This document shows, piece by piece, positions 36,001 to 48,000 of a stretch of 64,000 nt of DNA (positions within the stretch are counted from its first letter, which is position 1; every line of letters starts with the position of its first letter). Under the pieces are notes generated by a model. That model did no database searches. It saw only the letters and a list, made by a program, of their open reading frames with translations, and had not been told where the DNA came from. Location: NCBI GenBank assembly GCA_030141605.1, contig JAQGDQ010000130.1:391974-455973 (forward strand). Direction: 5' to 3'. The stretch comes from Tubiluchus corallicola. Taxonomy: Eukaryota; Animalia; Priapulida. The position numbers were made by a program, and so were the translations under genes.

Positions 36001-39000
36001 TATTCTGTACAGTAGTGGCTGTCAGTGAGCAAGAGTTCGTGAGGCTTGGTTAGGGAGATGTGGCTTAGTGCCGACTACTGATGTACCGGGTATATACTGC
36101 GTTGTTATATGATTTTTTATACAATTTGGAATCTTGGAAGCCGGAATCCATCATTTTACAGCTGGTCGTACTCAAATTAGGTGGATGTGGCGAGACTCAG
36201 ACCTGAGTCGTTATCAGGGCTTTGCCTCTAAAGTAAGCTGCTGACCTGGCATGGGTGTCTCAGCTGTGTTCTGATTTGTATACATCCTTCCTGTGTGAGG
36301 TGAACAGCCATGCCGCCAGAGTCAGCACATTGAATGAATCTTCCCCGGGTGAGAATCGAAGCAGTTCATGCTTCCACTCACTGATCGCTTTTGATGTTGT
36401 TCTTAACTTTAGTCACCAAACACAAATTCACGACTACGGCATCTTGTCTTGATAACCTACGATAGTGGATCAAATAAGCCTGTAAGCCTTTTTTTACCCA
36501 GAAAGTATTTAAATGCAGAATAGTGAATGGTACCAGTTTGTGTTTTTAGGAAGACTCTATTCATACCAAAAATGGAAAGTGTTTGGCAAAGTCGGCAAGT
36601 GGAAGCAATATTGACGTGGATGCGGAACAGACCGTCACTCGTGGAACTGCTCCTGAAACAGAGGTACCTCATGAGATTAAATGCTTAATGAAAATTTATG
36701 ATAATATGTATGTGGGTGTGCTGGAGAAAAGAACAATAGCTGATGGATAACGATTTTTAAGCTTATGAGGCCTTGGTGTATGTGTGCCTTTGTGTATATA
36801 CATTATATGTTTAACTGACAGTTTCTGATCTTATAAATCATTACAAGTAATTATCAACGTCGCGATTTACATATAAAGGTCACTGAATGAAAATACGTGT
36901 AATGCAAAACTCTAATGTACACACATGCACTTATAACTGCTAATCTGCTGTTATTTTAGGGAAGCGAAGTGTCCGTTACCATGCCACCTCAGGTGACGGC
37001 GCAACCTGGTGCTCCAGAAGTATCTCACCATGACATGAAGAAGGAGCTACTGTACAGTATTGATGATGTTCCTCCGTGGTATCTTAGTGTTCTCCTTGGC
37101 TTTCAGGTATGAGCAGAAATTAGTAAAGTGCTGCTGTAAAATGCTTATTATTCTTTATATTATTTTGTGTTCCTTTTTGGTTAAGTAAGTGTTAAAATCA
37201 GGTTAGAGTATGTTAGTTGAGGTCAGGATTGGATTTAATAATAGAACTTTCAGTACTGACTGTTTTGCAAGCAAAATGAAGAAAGACACATCTGTAGATT
37301 TTAATTAATGATGGATGTTAAAAGCAAATGTTGATTGTCGTTCTTGCTACAACTGCGTAATGACTTAAACATTGCTCCTTTTTCTTGATGTAAAGAGCCT
37401 GTTGGTAGACGCGATGTTGAACTGTCAGATGTGTTCTGTTATTCACATTCTTTCTGGATGGACAAAATGGCTGGAGCTAATAGCCGGAAACGCCCAAAAG
37501 CAGATTTGCGGTGATCATCCATTAAGTTACTAGCCAACCTCTACTGTGCTGACCTTTCATAGCAAGACACACAATGTGTAATTCAGCTATTTCACTCACC
37601 CATAAGGAAGATTTTTTTTCTTTAATAATCACTGCTTATAATGTAGGTCTATGAATGATCAGGCTGTTTTAAGCACCTGCTGAGTTAATTTGCTAACGAA
37701 AACTTTTTTTTAATTTCAGCATTACCTGACAATGTTTGGAGCATCAGTAGCGTTACCGCTTGTTGTTGCTCCAGCACTGTGCATGTATGACACACTGGCA
37801 CAAAGTAAACTTATCTGTACTGTATTGTTTGTTAGCGGAATTGTTACTCTTTTACAAGCGACTATTGGAAGCAGGTATTTCTGTATCCAGTCTAAATGTT
37901 AGCTTACGAATGCACAGTTTGAACTAACGTGAAATAATAACACTTCACAGTTTTGTTGTGTGCACAGTTGCTGTAGGTCAAAGGTTAAGTGTACCACAGC
38001 TGCATGTCTTAACTAAACCATCACATGACATGTGGATAAAGCAAAGCCATCTGCTGCATCAGTTCAGTAACTTCACAGTTTTTTACATGGACTTTAATTA
38101 GGCATTAGTCTGTGTGCAGAGTAGGATCTTACTTGGGAACAAAAAAATGAACTAGGTAAGGTTCTAGGTAGCTGTTAAAAGTGTTACAGCAGCATGGGCT
38201 GCTAGGCATTGTCAAGTGCACACAAATGCATTGTATGGTACACTTAACCTTTGACCTTTTCACGATCATCATGTTCAATCGCTGGAACTGTGAAAAGGCT
38301 TATTAATGATTACTTAATCTCTTATGCAATAATATGCATAATCTGTTTTACACGTTCAAGATTTAACTTTAGTCTGATTTGAAAGAATATTTTAGGGTAA
38401 AATTAGATGAAAAACTAAGATGAAGCTGATTGTGGAAGTCATACAGAGTTGAATACTCTGTAAACAAATCATACAATGACACAATACATAGATCAGCAGT
38501 TGGCACTAAGTCACATCTCCCTGGCTAGGCATTGCAAACTCTTGCTGGCTGACAGCCACTACTGTGTAAACTAACAATAACGTACGAGAAAAACAGGAAA
38601 AATGAGTGGACATTTTGTAACAATTTGTCAGTTATTCCAGAAAACATATCACTCTTATACTGACCTAACTACAATAACTAAGAGCAGTCAATAATTTCGA
38701 ACAAGTGCGTGATATATCAACGTTTCATGTGAAAGATTATCATCCAAAATTATGATCATCAAGGAAAAAGGATACAGCCAGATATTTTTACTTACGTTTG
38801 CAATAAAATTGTTTTCTAGTATCTTGGGATCAAAGTTCACTATGAAAATGAAACCTTTATTGTGTAACCTGAATCTTTTAATGAAAATCTTGCTTAGTGA
38901 TAAAACAAATCTGAATGTCAGCTTCACTTATATGTATTTATAGGTACTAAATTTTGTATCTAAACAAGCTATTTATGCTAGGTCATTAGTCATTACTAAA

Positions 39001-42000
39001 TTCTTGTAGGTGCTTAAGATAGTAACATATAAGCAAACTATGCAGATCTTCAGCTAATGAAAAGCAAACTGTTTGAACTGTGGTGAACGAAGATTGCAAA
39101 GTGGAATACAGCATATTTGTTGATAATGGTTTGCTTATTAGTATTAGTGCACAACAATTAGTATTATAGAATTTTAAATTCTTTATAAAAAGTGCAATAT
39201 CTCCTTCATAAACAACCTACTATATAATAAATTTTATTAAATTTTTATTAGAGAAACTCAACGTTTCTACTGCACGCTAGCAGGCATCATCAGGAAATAT
39301 ATAAAGAATGATTTTTATATGTATTAATATTAGTTTGCACTTTTTTCTGAGTGGCAATTCCTAGCCTTGTTTGAAATTATCTGTCCAAAAATGGAAAAAA
39401 CTTCAAGAATTCTTTTTTTATTTTATGTAATAAACTACATAAAATATAAATAACCTTATATGATTTAGAAAAACATTTTGCAGAAGCTCCAGAGTTTTCT
39501 AACACTAGCGCTTTAGCTTAGGGGCATTGTAGAGTTTTAGTAGTAGTGTTTAATTTAAGAAACCCTTGTTAGAATTAATGTAGGCTAAACTTACAATTCC
39601 ACACACACAAGAAATTAATTCATGTAGCAGATGGGCTAGGGTTAAGGTTAGTGTTAGGGATAGGGCTAATGTTAGGGTTAGGGTATTTAAATTGTGTGGG
39701 GAATTTAAACTTCTTCCTTACTGCCGAAAATATTTTTCCTTGAGAATTGGCCTTGATAAGAGATAAGATATTCAGTTTACTTTACACTAGTTATTATACT
39801 CTATAAAAGAAACTGAAAATTCTTTCTTTAATGTTTGCTCTAAACTGACTATTATTTGCTTTTACTGTTTTTTTAGTCACTTCTAGGGTTCTATAATTTA
39901 TAATGACATCTGTGTGAACTTGATAAGTTCTTCAGGAAATTCAATTAATTTCAACAAAAACTGATGCAAACTTGTTTACAATGCCCACTACTGTATACTG
40001 TGCAAACACAACTTTTGTTGATAATGGCAGTTTTAAGGAACTGCATCAACTTTAATGTGGTAATTATCGCTTGAGTGATTGCTGAATTGACAATTGCTGA
40101 CTTGTCTCTTAGGTGCGGAACGGCATATTTCAGTACGAGTCAACAATCGCATCGTAAATTCCAGGAAATGTTTCTATTTCAAGTCAAACATGTAGAGTAC
40201 AAGCCTTTATTTTTTGGCTAGAACTTGACAAACAAAAATTCTTCTTTTTGAATTAACTTGCTAAAACTGAAGAGATTTTATAGCTTCATTGATCTGTAGT
40301 TGAGTACTTTTGGACATAATAGTACAGCAGATAAGCAAAGATGTTGTGCACTTTTTGACAAAAGTGTGAAATTTCCAACTTAGGTAGAAATATCGTAATG
40401 TTTCATTTTGGATATGGAGGGAAATCACATTTGACCTTTGTGGGTTGTCATAGGCCAAATCTGATTTTCCTTCATATCTAAAATGAAACATTACGATATT
40501 TCTACCTATTTTAGAAATTTCACAGTTTTCTCTAAAAATGCACAATTGTTTGTAATATGAAAGCTGATTTGCTGCACCATAAGTGTAAACTGTCAGTTTT
40601 GGTAGGTGCACATTGAATATTTATTTCTAATTTGAACTCATGGATATAAATGAAATCACTACTAGTTACAAGGCAAGTGTAGCTGCTGGTATGAACTTGT
40701 GCATAAATATATGTGTAATTGTGTCATCATCAATAATTGTTGGTTTATTTGGAGTATTTTTTTGGTTTATTTTACTTTGGCTTATCAACACATACACAAG
40801 CTGTGAATCCACTTACACAATGATTTTTATCTACACAGAAAGCTTCAGCTAATAATTTCAATTCAGTATTGTAGCTACTATTAGTATTATGTATAAAAGT
40901 GAAACATCTTAGAAGATTATTCTTGATAATGACAGAAGTTCCAGTCCCGCCAGCTGTTGTGTGCCGAATCATAATTTGCAAAGTACCAAACTGTTTCTGA
41001 AAAGCAATTTAATAGATAATTGTCTCTTTGGAAACCTTAGAAATGATGTTTAATAATCTGAATTGGTGTCTTAGTTTTTATCCATGTCAAGTTTTGGTTG
41101 TGATTAATTTTGTTTTCAATTCTTTAGCTTTAGCTTTTTATTAACAGTAGTAATTGTTTTGATGTTTAAAGTCTCTACATTTGCTTTAGATTACCAATTG
41201 TGCAAGGAGCCACATACGGTTTTCTTTCTCCCATCTTCGCAATTCTGTCTCTTCCTCAGTGGCAGTGTCCGGACGAGGCTGGCATTGAGTTGCTAAATGC
41301 ACAGCAGCGGGATGAACTCTGGCAATCACGAATGAGAGAGGTAAGGAAAGAAGTATAGTGTATAACTCGAACATCCTGCGACCGAAAAATTTGTTTGAGC
41401 TAGACAATATTCATAAGAAAACAAGAGTGAGTCGCTCATCCATGTCGGACAATATACTAATAACACTGCAACCTGTGAAAATGACAAACTGACCCTTTAA
41501 TCAAATATCAAATGACAATTTTTATGAATAATCAAATTAAAATGACTGGTCCGCCTCTATTGTAGTCTGAGGAGCATGGCTATTAGAATTTGGCAAAAAT
41601 AGTATTGTGATCTACCTGAAACCACGTTAAGCCATGTTGTGTGCAGCATTCTCCTAAGGTAATCTAAGGAGAAATCTTAGCATTTTTTTTGAAACTAGCA
41701 GTTAAAATTGTAATGTGGTGCACATTTATTCCAATTTGTATAAAATATTACCTTGGACCTAGAAGTTTCTTTTGCTGAGCGTGATCTTAATCATTAAATT
41801 AATTTAACAACTGCTCAACTAAGAATCGACAATTCATTTCGAATTTATTAAGTTTTTTCTTTGTTTAACTTTGTTATTGCTAGGATTTATTTGACAGATT
41901 CAAGGTGCAATCATCGTCGCTTCATTCTTTGAGGTGTTTGTTGGTTTTAGTGGAGTCGTCGGCTTGCTCTTGAAATTCATAGGACCACTAGCAATTGCTC

Positions 42001-45000
42001 CAACCATCTCTCTCATTGGGCTGAGTTTGTTTGGAGTCGCCGGTAACTTTGCCTCTAAAGAATGGTGGACTGCAATTGCGTAAGTAAATGCTTCTGTACT
42101 GTTGCCATACGAACTGATGACGTGCACCAACTTTGATACATTTAAATCCAAATTAAAAACTTTCTTGTTCTTAAAAATGTTTTTGCGATTCCTAAAGACT
42201 TTCTTAAATAATTTTTTGTGATTTCATATGTAGTTTTAATTGTTTAAATCATGAATTGAATGCTTACTTGTTTGAAATGTTTGCATGCTTCTTAGAGATT
42301 TTTTAGCTTCATATTGCAAGTTTTTTGATATTTTATTTTAAATTGAAAACTCACTAATTTAACTGTTTTATTTTTTCTTGATGTATTTGGACACTTTATA
42401 CATTTTATAACTTTATGTAAATTTGTTATCTTAGTATTATATAATGTTAGAATTGTACCTATTGTAAAGCATGCTAGAGCATATATACATGGATAATCCG
42501 CAATAGAAAAGTAAAATAAACTTAAACTTAAATCTTAAACAGTGTGGTGGAATATTAACTAATTGTTATTTTCATGTAAATGTCTTTAAATATTTTCAGA
42601 AATGAGCAGGTATAGGTCCAGTTTTCCTTTGCTTCTCATGTTCCTGTCCTGAACTTTCCTAGATGTAGAATGATAAGTTTCGTAAATCAAGTTTCTTCTC
42701 TCAGACTTCTTATCTGTGTAATTCTTTACCAGAATTTTTTTTCTGAGTCTTGCTTAGGAAGGGTTATACATAAAAGGACATCACATTTTCACTGACGTAT
42801 GCTCAAAGTGAAAGCTGCCGAGTTTTCAAAAAAGCACATGTTTCATAAAACATTTGATGCACTGTGCTCATTGACTACTCAGCTAGTATACATTTCTCGC
42901 TTAGGGTGCCTGTATGTGCTTAAGGGGAATAATAAACATCTGTTCTTCTTTTTTCTTTTTTCTATGGGAAACTTATCAGCATACAAAGAAGTAAGTGCAA
43001 GTTGTAAAGACTGTTAAGAGATTGTGAATGGAAGTGCAAATCTACAATGAGAGCTTTATATTTCTACTTTATTATGTGTCAGGAGGCACTCCATTATTTT
43101 AAAGTGAATCTTTGTCCGCTTTACTGAACTCCTGTTTAAGTAATGTACTAGTAAGTACCAGTTGAAGTTGAATGCTATTAACTTGGTCAATAGTTTGCAG
43201 ATGATTTTTCCACTTGGTTGGACATGCAGTATTCTGAAAATTGTGTGCAAAATAGAAGTTTATTCATTCTCACTAATAGGTCATTTGTAGTCCAGTAGAA
43301 AGTAGAGAAAGTAAGGAGGACGATACTAAGAGTGGTGTGGTAAATTGCTGTGTGTGTGTGTGTGTGTGTGTGTCTGTAGGCTATGTTAAGAGTTAATTTC
43401 AAATATAAGAGTACTTGCAACACATGAAAGAGCCAGCATCTACTAATCAACATGTTTATTTGAGCACACACATTTCGACTATTACAGTCATTGTCAGTAC
43501 TATAAATCATGCCAAAAAAAGGGAATAATTAGCACATTGATGATAGTAAAATATACAATGGCATAAAATTTCATTACAAATCAACAGATTTTGTTGAAAT
43601 GTAAGGGTGTTCTGCAATACTTTTGAGACGAGGTAATAGCTGAGTGGTGATGGCGTACTTGGAAGGTACAGTTGGTCGTCATCGAATATATTCGGTAATT
43701 GGATGAATGACCACTGGGAAAACATCCTGCCATTAGATGTTTGCAGCAAAGAGCTGAACTTTATAACGTTATAGAAAGGATTTTGTTGTATCCTTTCACA
43801 CACACTGAAACTTGTTTTATTGCAACATTGGTTGATCATATTTTTTTCTATTCTAATAATATTGTTGTATTTTTTTGCAGAACTATTGTACTGATAGCCT
43901 TGTTTTCACAATATTTGCGCAACATCAACCTGCCATTCTGTGGCTACTCCAGAAATACTGGGTGTTCCAAAACATCTATTCCATTCTTCAAATTGTTTCC
44001 TGTAAGTTTTATATCAGTCTTTTAACAAGTCAGAATGCCAGGAGACCTAAAAGTAATTAAACAAAACAAATAATTTTGTTGTGCTAAAGTTGTTAAATTA
44101 ACATATAAATAAAAATGATTTTGATTCTAAATTTATTTATTTAGATTACTAACTTTTAGTTGGGCTAATTAATGTTTAATTAATAAAAAAGCCCGCAATG
44201 AAGAAAAAACACGACATTTCAGTGCACCATTATGAGGCTGTGAGCTGTCTGCAAGTGGAAAAGAAAAAGCACTAACAATAACTAAATAATATTTTTTGGA
44301 TTTTGTTTAAGAAAAAAACACAAAAGGCACTAACAGTTCAAAATATTAAGATGGCAGTGAGGTCAGATCTCAAGAAAGTCTCCAACTTCAAAATCTGTCG
44401 ATTGTAGTTAGCAAAATGTAGGCAATCGTTTATGGTGGATTAAGCAGAAAAGACAAAAAGCTATAAAAGATAGAATGTTGTAAAATGCTGCAGTATTTGT
44501 TACTGGGCCTTCAATACTAAACATTTAAATAACTTAGATAGAAATTGCTTAATTTGTCTGCCTCAAAGCTGTCGCCATTACCTTTTTAATGTAATCTTAG
44601 CAAGACGAAGTTGGATGTGACATGCAATTACCACGGTTGTTATTTTTAACTGTAATTAAAAGAAAAGTTCAATTTGTTTATCTTATTTGTTGCCAGGTGA
44701 TATTAGGCATATCTGTGATTTGGATATTATGTGCAGTATTGACGGCAGCTGGAGCGTTTCCAGAAAATCCAGGCGAGCATGGTTATTGGGCACGTACCGA
44801 TACCAAGATCGAAGTGCTAAAAGAGGCGCCCTGGTTTCGTGTGCCTTACCCATGTGAGTTAATGCATTTTCTTATTTTTTTGTTGCTATTTGTTTTCCAT
44901 TTGCATTCTGTATACATATAGGAATGCTTATTTGTTGTATGAAAACATGGTTCCATATTTATTAATTTTCTCCTCCATAGATCTTGATCTTCATAGATTT

Positions 45001-48000
45001 TTCCCCACCCAACTTATTATTACCCATTATTGGTTTCCTTACTGGGTGTTTACTCTGTTTTTACACTTGTTGACTATTTCTATTTACCTTTTTTGTGTCG
45101 TTGGTCTTGCTATCTGTTTCCTAAGTTTGTTTCTTTATAATTTTTGCTGTGTTTATAGAATCTTTGCAGGTAGAAAAATTCCTTAACTACATTTGCTGTA
45201 GATGCTTATTTAGCAATAAGGGCAACATGTACTGGAAGAAATGGCTTAGTAGTTAAACATGAAAGTGTTGTTAGAACTGTTTACGAATACAACTAATAAT
45301 GCATTAATCGTAAGGAAGTCAATGTGTCTATTAAATGCCCAAATTTTTTTTCACAGAACTTTTAGTCCTTCATGGACTTCGTCAGCTGTAAGGTAGGATA
45401 CAATAATGAAAGTTACAGGTAAAACTACATGTGATATAAAGGTCTACAATGACATTAAAATAAGTACACAATGACATTTTAGTTTAATGTCATTGTACAC
45501 CTTAACTTTCCATGACTTTACATGTATTTTTACCTGTAACTTTTATTATTGTATCTCTGCCTTACAGTTGACTAAGTCCATGATGAATGAAAGCTTCTGT
45601 GAGCAATAAAAAAAATTTGAGACTTAATGGGCACTTTGACTTCTTTACGATTATGACCATGGGAAGTCTCAGAAGAGCATTATCTTATTTTCAAGCTAAC
45701 ACTGTACTAATCATGTATTACGCAAAGATGAAAATGAAAAAGTATGTATCCTATCATAAAAATACTTGCTTTTATATTGATTAAGACTCGCTCGTAGAGT
45801 TATTATTGTTTTGTATTCATTTTAGTACAGTGGGGTAAGCCTACTTACAGTACAGCTGCAGTGTTTGGTATGCTGGCCGGAATAATTGCATCTATTGTAG
45901 AATCTGTTGGCGACTATTATGCTTGTGCACGACTGTCAGGAGCACCACCACCACCTGACCATGCCATCAACCGAGGCATAGGTATGAATCAGTTAAATTA
46001 ATAAAAAAATTAACTGGTATTCACTGTTACATATTACTACACTGAAACAGGATTTTTTAAATTTCTTTATTGAGGTTTTCTTTTTACTGATTTGCTGGTA
46101 AGAATCAGTTTTATGTTGTTATTAATCACTTTGTTTGAACAATAGTGACTTTAAATTAGTGAATGACATTTTATCACTGTAATACTAAGATCTATATCAA
46201 TTTTCAGAGCACTGCTTTTACCAAAGTTCTTTAGCTTTTAAAAATACTCTAAAGCTCTATGCTCATGCGGAAATGCACCAGGTTTTTGATCAGGAGCATT
46301 ATTATCAGTACAATATCGTGTACTGCTAGCATTCTTTATTGATAATTGTTTTCTTAAAGTAAACTTTTATGGTGTTTTGTTTTGTTGTTGTTCTGCAGCA
46401 CTAATGTCAAATATATTTTTCAATTCAGCATAATTGAATAACTTGCTCAATTTTACGACACTCTGGGACTTGGGCTAATAGAAGTTTCTTCATATTTACA
46501 TGTATAGGAATGGAAGGCATCGGTTGCATTCTAGCTGGTTTGTGGGGCAGTGCAAGTGGCACTACTTCATACAGCGAGAACATTGGTGCTATTGGCATAA
46601 CAAAGGTGTGCGAATACTTGACTATATTTACATTGACTTGCATTTATTTACTATTGACTTGGTATCACTAAAACATTAATTTTTTTTTGTACTTTTATGT
46701 ATTTTTTAAGCAAGCTAGGGCACTGAGCCAGGTGATTTTTCTCCTAGCCTACCGAATGCATATAATTGTAACAAGACTGGACCCATCTTTTCATCAGTGA
46801 TTGTTCAGATATTAGATTTTGAAAGATGTTTTATTCACAAGATTCGTATGTCACAAACGTAGTCACGAGGGTCAACAAAATCAACAAAAGAAATGCCGTA
46901 TGGCTGATAAAATGGCCATGAAGCGGTGTTTGTGGTGGTCACATATCCACTTACCCAGCAGACCTAGCTTGCTTTGCATTGGCTGCTAATCACGTTCCAC
47001 TTTACTCTTCTTTGCCCAAGTGCTTTTCTATGACTTTTACAGTCATATAATGTATAACGAACTGAAGTTAGTAGTTTAAGCACAAACCTGCTTTTGATAG
47101 TTAAAAGCTTCACAATTTTTGTAGTTAGCAACTTAAAAGCTAATACTGACAATTCGGTTCTAAGATATAAACTTATGAAAACCTCCGTTCTTCGCTTGAA
47201 GGTGACCAACCTATATAAAGTGATTTTATAGTGATATGTCAGTTTCTAGAGCATTTTGAAAATAGCTGCAACTTTAACCAGTGTGCTGATACAAACCTAC
47301 AGATAAGCCCTGTATTAATTAAGGGGAGTTTTTGCTTACAAACAAACTAGTAGTGAACGAAGCATACTTTACTCATGTTTTAGCTTATGTTCTAGTGACT
47401 GCTCTTTGTCTAGCTTATTTTAACAAATTCTAGGGTAAGCCCCAATAAAATATAATGATATACCGATATTCTACTTGTTTTAGCAGTCACTGGTGCAGTG
47501 GCCAGTGAATGCATATGAAACTAAGTGCAACTGCTTAATTTATTATTGCAGCTTTAAGATTTATGCAATGAAATGGCGAACTTGCAAAAGCCAAATATGT
47601 TGTCTCCTTTCCAGTGAGCTGCATACTATCTCAGGTGAAGGAGGGGGGGGGGGGGCAACATGTGCTGTCTGTCAATTAAATTTAGTTTGACAGTTAACTT
47701 TGCAACAGCATTGTGCAATTTTTACGGGTATTTGACTTGCATTTCTAAAAATATCAAAGCTTACTATTATGTTTTACAGGTTGGTAGTAGACGAGTCATT
47801 CAAATAGCTGCAGCCTGTATGATTGTGTTAGGCACGCTGGGAAAATTTGGAGCATTGTTTGTCACAATTCCTGATCCTATAGTAGGTAAAGAAGCTAATA
47901 ATACTGCTTATAATTAGGCTTATAATTTTGTAGATTTGTTTGCATGTGCATTTGTTTAACATGCTTGATGGAAATTTGTAACAGCTTTGCTCAGAATTAG

